From Armatimonadota bacterium (lineage in GTDB: Bacteria; Sysuimicrobiota; Sysuimicrobiia; Sysuimicrobiales; Humicultoraceae), in contig JBBIOM010000009.1 in NCBI GenBank assembly GCA_037443365.1, positions 13,183 through 60,057 of the forward strand: a stretch of 46,875 bases of DNA, read 5' to 3'. Shown piece after piece: positions 34,712 to 43,101 of this stretch; the first letter of the stretch is position 1; each line of letters starts with the position of its first letter. The translations under genes were made by a program, and so were the position numbers. Below the pieces are notes generated by a model that ran no database searches, was not told the origin of the DNA, and saw nothing but the letters and a program-made list of their open reading frames with translations.

Positions 34712-34765
34712 TGGCGTCGCTTGCAGAACGCGCGGCGCGCCCGCGTGCGGGCTGTTGACCGCGCG

Positions 34766-34868
34766 TTCCTCCTGCCCTTCCCAGGTGCCAACCGAAGGAG
34801 GGGCTGCGGGCATGACGCCCTCCGGGCCTGACCTTGGGGTCCGGAAGACCAGAGGAGGAGGGGCTGCG
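34766..34868 (+). ncRNA. Putative S6:S18 ribosomal leader (possibly tandem)
   Basis: Anti-SD/SD hairpins with internal CCG: CCCTCC...GGTCCGGAAGACCAGAGGAGG and CCTCCT...CCAACCGAAGGAGG. Confidence 0.55.
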
Positions 34869-35279
34869 TTGCCTCAATATGATCTCGTGTACATTGTGAA
34901 GCCCGATCTCGACGCCGACGCGACGAGGTCGGCCATGGAGCGGGCGACCCAGCGCTTGATCGAGCAGGGAGCGGCGATTGAGCACACGGACGTCTGGGGG
35001 AAGCGCCGCATGGCCTACCCGATACAGCGCTACCGGGAAGGCCACTATGTGTTCGTGCGGCTCTCGGTCTCCGGCGATCGCATCCCGGAGATCCGGCACG
35101 GCCTGAAGGTCATCGAGGACATCCTGCGCACCTCGATAACGGTGGCCGTTGGATCCATCGCGCCCCCCAAGCCCGCGCAGCCTGCGGAAGCGCCCCTCGA
35201 GGCGCCGGTTGTCGTTGCCGGGCCACAGGGTGAGCCATCCCAGTCCGAGCCGCCGCAGCCCGCGTCGCCGGAGGCCTAG
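34869..35279 (+). CDS. rpsF: 30S ribosomal protein S6
   Basis: YDLVYIVKPD, WGKRRMAYPI, EGHY; Pro-rich C-tail. TTG start (alternative in-frame ATG 34812). Confidence 0.95.
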   Translation: MPQYDLVYIVKPDLDADATRSAMERATQRLIEQGAAIEHTDVWGKRRMAYPIQRYREGHYVFVRLSVSGDRIPEIRHGLKVIEDILRTSITVAVGSIAPPKPAQPAEAPLEAPVVVAGPQGEPSQSEPPQPASPEA

Positions 35280-35302
35280 ACCGCCCAGAGGGAGGGAGCG
35301 CT

Positions 35303-35695
35303 GTGCTCAACAGGATCATACTGATCGGCCGGCTCACGCGTGACCCCGAACTGCGGTACGTCCCCAGCGGACATCCGGTCGCATCGTTCTCGCTGGCGGT
35401 GGACAGGCCGTTTGCCAACCAGCAGGGCGAGCGCGAGACCGACTTCATTGACATCGTGGCCTGGCGCAAGCTCGCCGAGCAGGTCAGCCAGCACCTCAGC
35501 AAGGGGCGCCTTGTGGCCGTCGAGGGCCGGCTGCAGGTTCGGTCCTACGAGACCCAGGACGGGCAGAAGCGCAAGGTCGCCGAGGTGGTGGCGGACGCGG
35601 TCCGGTTCCTCGATAGGAAGGCGACCGGCGCCTCGGCGGCGATCGCCGAGGGCGGGGAGTTCGCCGAGGAGGGCGAGCAGGAGGTCCCATTCTAG
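35303..35695 (+). CDS. ssb: Single-stranded DNA-binding protein
   Basis: [19 protein letters not shown], acidic tail EVPF. Confidence 0.97.
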   Translation: MLNRIILIGRLTRDPELRYVPSGHPVASFSLAVDRPFANQQGERETDFIDIVAWRKLAEQVSQHLSKGRLVAVEGRLQVRSYETQDGQKRKVAEVVADAVRFLDRKATGASAAIAEGGEFAEEGEQEVPF

Positions 35696-35765
35696 GCATC
35701 CGGCCCCAGGGACTGCCTGCCCCAGGGACCGCCGGCGCACGAGAGTTCTGAAACGGAGGAACTGC

Positions 35766-36011
35766 ATGGCAGACGCACCCAAGAAGCAGTGGCGCGGACG
35801 CAAGCCCAAGCGCAAGACCTGCGCGTTCTGCGCTGAGAAGGCCAAGGAGATCGACTACAAGGATGCCCTGCGCATCCGCAGATTTGTCACCGACCGCGGG
35901 AAGATCCTGCCGCGGAGGGTCTCCGGAAACTGCGCGAAGCACCAGCGGCTCCTGGCAGTGGCGATCAAGCGCGCGCGCGAGCTCGCGCTGCTCCCCTACG
36001 CCGGGGAGTAG
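35766..36011 (+). CDS. rpsR: 30S ribosomal protein S18 (zinc-binding form)
   Basis: CAFC, IDYKD, GKILPRR, CAKHQR. Confidence 0.97.
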   Translation: MADAPKKQWRGRKPKRKTCAFCAEKAKEIDYKDALRIRRFVTDRGKILPRRVSGNCAKHQRLLAVAIKRARELALLPYAGE

Positions 36012-36056
36012 CACGGGCGCGCCGGCGGCAGCCGGCTGGCGCGCGCCTTCAACCCG

Positions 36057-37046
36057 GTGATGTCGGCGCGGCGCATTCGCACGCAGGGCCTGACAGAGGG
36101 CGCCATCCTGGCGGCGCTCGTGGCCGTCTTTGCGGTCGCCACGCAGTACCTGCCCCTGGTCGGCATCGCCACAGCCCTGCTCTGCCCGCTTCCGCTGGCG
36201 GTTCTGGTAATACGTCACGGCCTGCGCGTGGCCGCGGTCGCCGGACTCGCGGCTGGCCTGGTCGGCGCGATGCTGGCCGGCCCGCTATTGGGGCTGGCCA
36301 TCCTGGTCTCGTTTGCCCCAATGGGAATCGTGCTGGGTGTGGGCGCCCGCCGGGGCTGGCAGGCCACGCGCGTCGTGCTTACCGCCGGGCTGGTGGCCCT
36401 CCTCACCACGGTCCTGAACTACCTGGGGCTGATGGGCGGTGGCCGGGTGAGCATGGCCGAGATGGCCCGCACCATGGAGCGCAGCGTCGAGACCTCCGCC
36501 GCCATCTATGCGCGGCTGGGGCTCTCCCAGGCCCAGATCGAGACGGTCTCTGCGCAGATGCGCGAGTTCGCGCGCCTGATTCCATACCTGTTACCGGCGA
36601 TGCTGATCTTCGGCGCGCTCTTCGCGGCATGGCTGAACTACGAGGTGGGGCGGCGCGTGCTTGCGCGAGTCGGGTACCGCCTGGCTCCGCTGCCCCCGCT
36701 GCGCACCTGGCGCATCCCGGCCGCGGGGATCTGGCTCGTGCCCATCGCCTACCTCCTGCTGGCGTTGGGATTGCGGTCCGGCGCGCCCGACATTCTGCGA
36801 AGTGCCGGCTGGAGCCTCATGCTGGCCACGCAGAGCGCGTTCACGCTGCAGGGGATTCTGGCCGGCTGGATGATCCTGGGCAACTTCGGGTTCGGCAGGG
36901 TCGCGCAGGTGCTCGCGGTCGCGATCGTCATGACGGTTCCGGCGATGGGCCTGGTGGTCTTCGTGCTTGGAATCCTGGACTCCGCGCTCCTGGTCCGCGA
37001 ACGCTGGGGCCTTGCGCGCGTATCCGCCGGGGGGGAAGACGCGTGA
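36057..37046 (+). CDS. DUF2232 (YybS-like) membrane protein
   Basis: LTEGAILAAL, PLPL, many TM segments; lies between rpsR and rplI. Confidence 0.82.
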   Translation: MMSARRIRTQGLTEGAILAALVAVFAVATQYLPLVGIATALLCPLPLAVLVIRHGLRVAAVAGLAAGLVGAMLAGPLLGLAILVSFAPMGIVLGVGARRGWQATRVVLTAGLVALLTTVLNYLGLMGGGRVSMAEMARTMERSVETSAAIYARLGLSQAQIETVSAQMREFARLIPYLLPAMLIFGALFAAWLNYEVGRRVLARVGYRLAPLPPLRTWRIPAAGIWLVPIAYLLLALGLRSGAPDILRSAGWSLMLATQSAFTLQGILAGWMILGNFGFGRVAQVLAVAIVMTVPAMGLVVFVLGILDSALLVRERWGLARVSAGGEDA

Positions 37047-37489
37047 AGGTCATACTCATCAAGGACGTCCCGGGCACCGGCAAAGCCGGGGCCACCTGCG
37101 AGGTAAAGGAGGGCTACGCGCACCACTACCTTATACCGCGCGGCCTTGCGGTGCCGGCCAGCGAGGGCGCGCTGCGCGCGCACATGCACAGGCAGCAGGC
37201 CGCCAAGAAGCGGGCCGAGCGCGATCGCGCCGAGGCCGATGGGTTGATCCAGGGACTGGAAGGACTGGTGCTCGAGGTGCGCGGCAGAGCAGGGGCCGGG
37301 GGAAAGCTGTTCGGCTCGGTTACGTCCCAGCAGATCGCCGAGGCGCTCGCAGGCCGCGGTTTTGCCGTGGACCGCAAGCAGGTCGAACTGGAAGAGCCCA
37401 TTCGGGTCGAGGGTTTCTACCGCGTTCCGGTGCGCATCCGGCCGGGCCGGGTGGTGAAGATAGACCTCAACGTCATCGGCGTGCGGTAG
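37043..37489 (+). CDS. rplI: 50S ribosomal protein L9
   Basis: MKVILIKDV, VKEGYA..YLIPRGLA, GKLFGSVT. Confidence 0.96.
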   Translation: MKVILIKDVPGTGKAGATCEVKEGYAHHYLIPRGLAVPASEGALRAHMHRQQAAKKRAERDRAEADGLIQGLEGLVLEVRGRAGAGGKLFGSVTSQQIAEALAGRGFAVDRKQVELEEPIRVEGFYRVPVRIRPGRVVKIDLNVIGVR

Positions 37490-37643
37490 GAGACGCCCCG
37501 CACCCAATCCACAGGTTATCCCCGGCGCATCCCGGCACATTTCCTGCTTACGCACAGGTCGTCCCAAAGGAGATGCACAGGCCCGCGGCAGAAGCAGTAC
37601 GCATGGCCCGGCCGCGCCACGATACGCGAGAACCCGTGCACGG

Positions 37644-37672
37644 TTGACTACCGTACATATGTTCGATAGTAT
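37644..37672 (+). promoter_or_regulatory. dnaB promoter with embedded LexA box
   Basis: TTGACT-N17-TAGTAT; CGTAC-ATAT-GTTCG at 37652-37665. Confidence 0.75.
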
Positions 37673-37704
37673 GGTGGCGCGATACCTCCAAGCAGGAGTC
37701 CGCA

Positions 37705-40700
37705 ATGAGCGTGAACCAGCCAGTTGAGCGCGTTCCACCGCAGAACCAGGAGGCCGAGCAGAGCATTCTGGGTTCGATGTTGCTGGAGCGCGACGCCATT
37801 GCGCGCGTCGTGGAAGTCGTGCGCGCCGAGGACTTCTACCGCGACGCCCACCGGCGTATCTACGAGGTGATCACAGAGCTCTTCGAGCGCGGCGAGCCGG
37901 CCGACCTGATCAGCGTTACCGATCGGATGCGCGCGCTCGGCATCCTCGACGACGCGGGCGGGGCGGCATATGTGACCTCGCTGCTGCACGCCGTGCCCAC
38001 CGCCGCCAACGTCGAGTACTATGCGCGGCTGGTGGTGCAGAAGGCGATGCTGCGCCAGATGATCTCCGCCGGCACGCAGATCGTCGGCATGGGGTTCCGC
38101 GAGGACCAGGACGTCGAGCTGTTGCTGGACCAGGCCGAGAAGATGGTCTTCGGGATCGCCAGCAGGAGGATGGGGCAGCACTTCCTCCCGATATCCGAGA
38201 TCCTGCGCGAGAGCTTCGAGCAGATAGACCGCCGCTACCGGGACAAGGGCACGATCACCGGCGTGCCCACCGGGTTCGCCGAGATCGACAAGATAACGGC
38301 CGGGCTGCAGCCCTCGGATCTGATCATCATCGCGGCGCGGCCCTCGATGGGCAAGTGCCTGAAGTTCGACGCCGAGGTGGTGGACGCGTCCACGGGAGAG
38401 GTCCGCACGGTGCAGGAGATGGTGGCCGCCGGGGAGGCCTCGCTCCTCACGCTGGGGCACGACCACAGGTTCCGGCCCGCCGCTCCCAGCCTGTTCGTGG
38501 ACGACGGCCTGAAGCCCGTCTTCCGGGTCAGTACAAGCGGTGGCCGGTCGGTCGAGACAACGCTGACCCATCCCTTCTTGACCCCGTCGGGATGGGAGCC
38601 CCTGGCCGCGCTCTCACCGGGAGCGCTCATCGCCGTTCCGCGGCGGCTCCCGGTGTACGGACGCGCCGATCTGCCTGACCACGAGGTCAAGTTGCTGGCC
38701 TATCTCTGCAGCGGCCGGCTCCCGGCGCGACCGCAGGTCGCGGAGGATTTCTCCGACGCCGCGGCGGCCGCCGAGGCGATCCTGGCCGGGGCGCGTGGCC
38801 GGCGGGCGGCGCAGTCCGGCATCGGCGGCGGCGGCGAGGGTGGGGCCGCGGTGGCCGACCTGTTCTGGCGCTACCCGGAGATGGGGCAGGCGCCGCACCT
38901 GCGCGCGCTGCCCGCCGCGGTGTTTGCGCTTCGCCGCGAGAAGCTGGCGCTCTTCCTCAACCGGCTGATGGGCGCCCTGGCCGAAGTGAGCGAGCACCAG
39001 GACGGCTACCAGGCGCAGGCGGTCTTCCCGTCCGAACGCATGGCGCGCGGCGTGGCGCATCTCCTGCTGCGATTCGGCGTGCCCGCATCGCGGCGCGACC
39101 GCACGCTCACCATGGGAATGGGGGCCACGCTGGCCCTGGTGCGCGAGATCGGCATCTTCGGCCTGGAGCGGCTGCGCAGGTGGGCGCGCAACGCCCAGCG
39201 CTCGCTGCTCGACGAGATCGACGTGATGTGGGAAGAAGTGGTCTCGATCGAGGAGGTCGGGCTGTTCCAGGTCTACGACCTGACCGTGCCGGAGACCCAC
39301 AACTTCGTGGCCAACGACGTCTGCGTGCACAACACCACCCTTGCGCTGAACATCGCCCAGCACGCCGCGCTCACGCAACGGGTGCCGGTTGCCATATTCA
39401 GCCTGGAGACCAACAAGGAGCAGCTCGTCCAGAGGATGCTCTGCAGCGAGGCGCAGGTTGACTCCTCGCGCCTGCGCAGCGGCTTCCTGAGCGACGCCGA
39501 CTGGCCGCGCCTGGCCGCCGCCATGGGAAGGCTGAGCGAGGCGCCGATCTTCATTGACGACTCGAGCACGCTGTCGGCGATCGAGATGCGCGCCAAGGCC
39601 CGCAAGCTGAAGGCCGAGCACGGGCTCGGGCTGATCATCATCGACTACATCCAGATGATCCAGTCGTACAAGCGGTCGGAGAACCGCACCCAGGAGGTCT
39701 CGGAGATCGCCCGCTCGATCAAGTCGCTGGCCAAAGAGCTGAACCTTCCCCTGATCGGGGTGTCGCAGCTCTCCCGGGTGGTGGAGTCAACCGGCAGCCG
39801 CGTGCCGCAGCTCTCGCACCTGAGGGAGTGCGTGACCGCGGACACGGTCGTGTGGGATGCCGATACCGGTCGTCGTCTGACGGTGGGCGACCTGGCCCGG
39901 CAGGCGTCCTGGCCCCGGTTGCTTTCGCTGGACACTACAATGCGGCTGGTTCCGGTTCAGCCGGCCGCCGTGCTAGAGAAGGGCGAGAACGAGATCTTCG
40001 AGGTGCGGACGAGCACGGGCCGGCGTCTCAAGGCGACTGCCAACCACCCGGTGCTGACCCCTGAAGGCTGGAAGGCGGTAGGAGATCTGCGCCAAGGGTC
40101 AATGATCGCCGCCACCCGGCGTCTTCCATTCTTCGGCGCCCGGTCGGCGGCACTGAGACCGGATCGATTGCGGCTTCTCGGTTATCTCATAGGTGATGGG
40201 AGCTACCAGCGGCACCGCGGGATATCGTTCATCAGCAGCGACCCAGGCACGTTTGAGGATTGCATTGCCGTTGCAGAGCGGGAGTTCGGAGTGCAATCGC
40301 GTCGGGGCCAGGCAAACGGGATCCCCGAGGTGGACTTCGTGTCTGTCTATCCCAACGGTGATGCATCCAGCCGCGCCTACGGCCGACCCCATGGAAACCC
40401 GCTCCGAGAGTGGCTTCGCGATCTCGGGGTCGAGGGTCAGTCGGCCCGCAACAAACGAATCCCTGATCGCGTGTTCACCGAGGCCGACCGTGACGGGATG
40501 AGGGCACTGCTTCGAGCCCTCTACTCGACGGACGGATGTCTGACGCGGCGGCGCTACCGCAACGGTGCCTTTCTGTGGTCGCTCCGCTACGATACCGCCA
40601 GTCGGGGTCTGGCTGAGGATGTGCGCGACCTGCTCCTGCGGTTTGGGATCGTTGCGCAGGTCAGCTCAGGCTACATGAGCAAGAAGGCCACTACTCCATT

Positions 40701-41343
40701 GTATCGCGTCACCGTGGAGGATTCCAGGCAGTTAGCAGCGTTCTGCCGGTTCGTCGGCATTGAGGGGCGGAAAGCGGCATTGGCGGAGCGCTGCAGTGCC
40801 GAGTTGCTCCAGCGACGATCGAAGCCCCAGTTAGATCGCTTACCCGTGGCCGCAACGGAGGCTTTGTGGGCTCGCAAGGATGAGGTTGGGCTCTGCTGGG
40901 ACCATCTCGGGTTCCGGCTGCAACGTGGCAAGTCTCTCGACCGGCCGACTGGCGCCCTTCTGGCTCGCAGGCTCAGGGCGTGGGACATCTATCAAATGGC
41001 GACCGGCGACGTACTGTGGGATCGGGTCGTTGGCGTCACGCCGATGGGCAAAGCGCCCGTGTACGACCTTGTCATGCCGGGCACCCACAACTTCGTGGCG
41101 AATGGCTTGGTTGTGCACAACAGCGGGGAGCTCGAGCAGGTGGCGGACCTGGTGATATTCATATACCGCGAGGAGTACTACGACGAGGCCAGGGCGCGGG
41201 CCGAAGGCAGGCAGCACGTGGCCGAGATCCGGGTCGCCAAGCACCGCAACGGGCCCACAGGAAACGTCGAGCTGTTCTTCAACAAGGAGCACGGCCGGTT
41301 CCGCGATCTCGACCGCAAACATGCCGCCACGCCGGGCGCGTAA
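37705..41343 (+). CDS. dnaB: Replicative DNA helicase DnaB precursor with two inteins (455 aa after splicing)
   Basis: PPQNQEAEQS, ARPSMGK|T, IIIDYIQ, SQLSR, KHRNGPTG; 1212-326-431=455 aa. Confidence 0.97.
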   Translation: MSVNQPVERVPPQNQEAEQSILGSMLLERDAIARVVEVVRAEDFYRDAHRRIYEVITELFERGEPADLISVTDRMRALGILDDAGGAAYVTSLLHAVPTAANVEYYARLVVQKAMLRQMISAGTQIVGMGFREDQDVELLLDQAEKMVFGIASRRMGQHFLPISEILRESFEQIDRRYRDKGTITGVPTGFAEIDKITAGLQPSDLIIIAARPSMGKCLKFDAEVVDASTGEVRTVQEMVAAGEASLLTLGHDHRFRPAAPSLFVDDGLKPVFRVSTSGGRSVETTLTHPFLTPSGWEPLAALSPGALIAVPRRLPVYGRADLPDHEVKLLAYLCSGRLPARPQVAEDFSDAAAAAEAILAGARGRRAAQSGIGGGGEGGAAVADLFWRYPEMGQAPHLRALPAAVFALRREKLALFLNRLMGALAEVSEHQDGYQAQAVFPSERMARGVAHLLLRFGVPASRRDRTLTMGMGATLALVREIGIFGLERLRRWARNAQRSLLDEIDVMWEEVVSIEEVGLFQVYDLTVPETHNFVANDVCVHNTTLALNIAQHAALTQRVPVAIFSLETNKEQLVQRMLCSEAQVDSSRLRSGFLSDADWPRLAAAMGRLSEAPIFIDDSSTLSAIEMRAKARKLKAEHGLGLIIIDYIQMIQSYKRSENRTQEVSEIARSIKSLAKELNLPLIGVSQLSRVVESTGSRVPQLSHLRECVTADTVVWDADTGRRLTVGDLARQASWPRLLSLDTTMRLVPVQPAAVLEKGENEIFEVRTSTGRRLKATANHPVLTPEGWKAVGDLRQGSMIAATRRLPFFGARSAALRPDRLRLLGYLIGDGSYQRHRGISFISSDPGTFEDCIAVAEREFGVQSRRGQANGIPEVDFVSVYPNGDASSRAYGRPHGNPLREWLRDLGVEGQSARNKRIPDRVFTEADRDGMRALLRALYSTDGCLTRRRYRNGAFLWSLRYDTASRGLAEDVRDLLLRFGIVAQVSSGYMSKKATTPLYRVTVEDSRQLAAFCRFVGIEGRKAALAERCSAELLQRRSKPQLDRLPVAATEALWARKDEVGLCWDHLGFRLQRGKSLDRPTGALLARRLRAWDIYQMATGDVLWDRVVGVTPMGKAPVYDLVMPGTHNFVANGLVVHNSGELEQVADLVIFIYREEYYDEARARAEGRQHVAEIRVAKHRNGPTGNVELFFNKEHGRFRDLDRKHAATPGA
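38356..39333 (+). mobile_element. DnaB intein 1 (326 aa) in Walker A, degenerate endonuclease
   Basis: GK|CLKFDAEV...TLTHPF...VYDLTVPETHNFVANDVCVHN|T. Confidence 0.95.
39829..41121 (+). mobile_element. DnaB intein 2 (431 aa) with LAGLIDADG homing endonuclease
   Basis: LRE|CVTADT...TANHPV...LLGYLIGDGS...LRALYSTDGC...VYDLVMPGTHNFVANGLVVHN|S. Confidence 0.95.
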
Positions 41344-41376
41344 GCCCCTGGCGCCGTGTGTGGCTCGGGAAGGCGC

Positions 41377-42165
41377 TTAGAGCGACGTCAGAAAGTCGTG
41401 CACCGCGCGCGTGAACTCGTCGGGGGCCTCAAGGTTCGACATGTGCCCGGCCCCCTCGATCCGCACCAGCCGGGCGCTGGGCAGGGCCGCGGCCATCGCC
41501 TCGGCCATGGCCGGCGGGGTCAGCGCGTCCTCCTCGCCCACGAGCACCAGGGTTGGCACCGTGATCCCGCCCAGCAGAGGCCGGCTGTCGGGCCGGGCCG
41601 CCATCGCGGAGAGCGCCGCGGTCAGGCCCCGCGCCGGCGGGGTCCCGATGATCTCGCGGATGGCCGCAATCACCCCAGGCCGCTGCGTCCTGGTGGTGGG
41701 GCCCACGAGAGAGCCGATGAACTCCTCCAGATAGCCCGCCGGGCCCTCGCTCTCGATGCGCGCGATCGCAGCGCGGCGGCGCGCCACGCCCTCCTCGGTG
41801 TCGGGCTCCGCGCGCGAGTCCGCGATCAGCAGGGCACTGACGCGCCCAGGCGCCAGAGCCACCACGCGAAAGGCCACATAGCCGCCCATGGAGAGCCCGC
41901 CGAGCGCAAAGCGCCCGAAGCCCAGCACGTCCATCAGCGCCAGCACGTCCCGAGCGTAAGACTCCATGCTCATCGGGTCCCGGGGGACCGCTGAATCGCC
42001 GAATCCCCGGAAGTCGGGCGATATCACCGTGAACCGGTCGCGCAGCGCGTCTGCCTGCGGACGCCACATCGCGCTATTCAGCGGGAACCCGTGCAGCAGC
42101 ACGAGCGGCGGCCCCTCGCCCGCCATCTCGTAGCCCAGCCTGATACCGCCCACCTCTGTTTGCAC
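41377..42165 (-). CDS. Alpha/beta fold hydrolase
   Basis: LLHGFP, GLSMGG nucleophile elbow, GEED, AGH; GTG after AAAGGGG. Confidence 0.92.
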   Translation of the reverse strand: MQTEVGGIRLGYEMAGEGPPLVLLHGFPLNSAMWRPQADALRDRFTVISPDFRGFGDSAVPRDPMSMESYARDVLALMDVLGFGRFALGGLSMGGYVAFRVVALAPGRVSALLIADSRAEPDTEEGVARRRAAIARIESEGPAGYLEEFIGSLVGPTTRTQRPGVIAAIREIIGTPPARGLTAALSAMAARPDSRPLLGGITVPTLVLVGEEDALTPPAMAEAMAAALPSARLVRIEGAGHMSNLEAPDEFTRAVHDFLTSL

Positions 42166-42303
42166 GCTGAACCCCTTTCGCGGTCCGGACGGGGACTCCT
42201 GGCCCTGTTCCTTCCCCAGTTGGCGCACCGGAGATAACTCCCGACGCCCCCCGGCGCATCCTCGTGGCAGCAGGACATTCCGAGCGTGCAACTGGGAGGA
42301 GCC

Positions 42304-43008
42304 ATGGAGCAGGCCGCGCCGCGATCCGTCAGCGTAGAGCCGCACCTTCCCCTGGTGGGAGCGATCGCCAGGGCGATGGCGCGCAGGTTGCCGCCCACCG
42401 TGGAGATGGACGAACTGATCAACGACGGCGTGCTCGGGCTCATCGCGGCGCTGCGGCGGTACGATCCGGTGCGCCGCGTGGGGTTCTCGACCTACGCCGG
42501 GTGGCGCATCCGCGGCGCGATGCTGGACGGGCTGCGACGCCGCGACCCGCTGCCGCGCACATACCGGCGCCTCCAGAGGACCTACCCGGGCAACTGGGTG
42601 CAGTTCGTTCCTATCGAGGAGGCCCTCATGGTGCCCGGCGGTGAAGACGAAGATCCCGAGTCCGCCGCGGTGGAGGCCGATCTCCGGCGACGATTGTGGC
42701 TGCAGTTGGCGGCCCTTCCACCGCGCGACCGGCGGGTGCTGGTGCTGCGCATGGTCCGCGCCATGCCCCTGCGCGAGGTGGCCGCGGCGCTTGCGATCTC
42801 GATCACGCGCGTGGTCGAGATACAGACGCGCGCCCTGGCGCGCATGCGCCGCCTCCTGGCCTGCGATCTCGATGCTTCGGCGCAAGGCGCGGCGCCCGTA
42901 TCTATGCGCGCACGCAGGCAGGAGGCGGCGGCGTCGCTGCCGAACGACGCCACTGCCCAAAGCCCCCCTGCCATTCCCCCTCCGCCGGTCACGGTCGGGG
43001 CGGGCTGA
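42304..43008 (+). CDS. FliA/WhiG-like sigma-70 factor lacking region 3
   Basis: Region 2 DELINDGVLGL...FSTYAGWRIRGAMLDGLR; region 4 LPPRDRRVL...LREVAAALAISITRV; ATG after GGGAGGA. Confidence 0.85.
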   Translation: MEQAAPRSVSVEPHLPLVGAIARAMARRLPPTVEMDELINDGVLGLIAALRRYDPVRRVGFSTYAGWRIRGAMLDGLRRRDPLPRTYRRLQRTYPGNWVQFVPIEEALMVPGGEDEDPESAAVEADLRRRLWLQLAALPPRDRRVLVLRMVRAMPLREVAAALAISITRVVEIQTRALARMRRLLACDLDASAQGAAPVSMRARRQEAAASLPNDATAQSPPAIPPPPVTVGAG

Positions 43009-43101
43009 GCGCGGGCGGCGGGCCCCCGGTCCCGGACCGCACATATGCCTTGGGACGCCCTCCTGGGGCGTCCCCACCGCGGCACGCTGCTGGGAGACAG
43101 A

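Noticed and set aside
42190-42300. Possible LytTR direct repeats in the hydrolase-sigma intergenic region
   Set aside because: Only short GC-rich matches (GGCGCA twice) without convincing spacing.
43038-43051. CGCAC-ATAT-GCCTT as a possible SOS box
   Set aside because: Right half-site does not match GTTCG and there is no promoter context.
42166-43077. Apparent 566-aa hydrolase with long N-terminus
   Set aside because: The extension is antisense to the sigma gene; the hydrolase starts at GTG 42165 with its own RBS.
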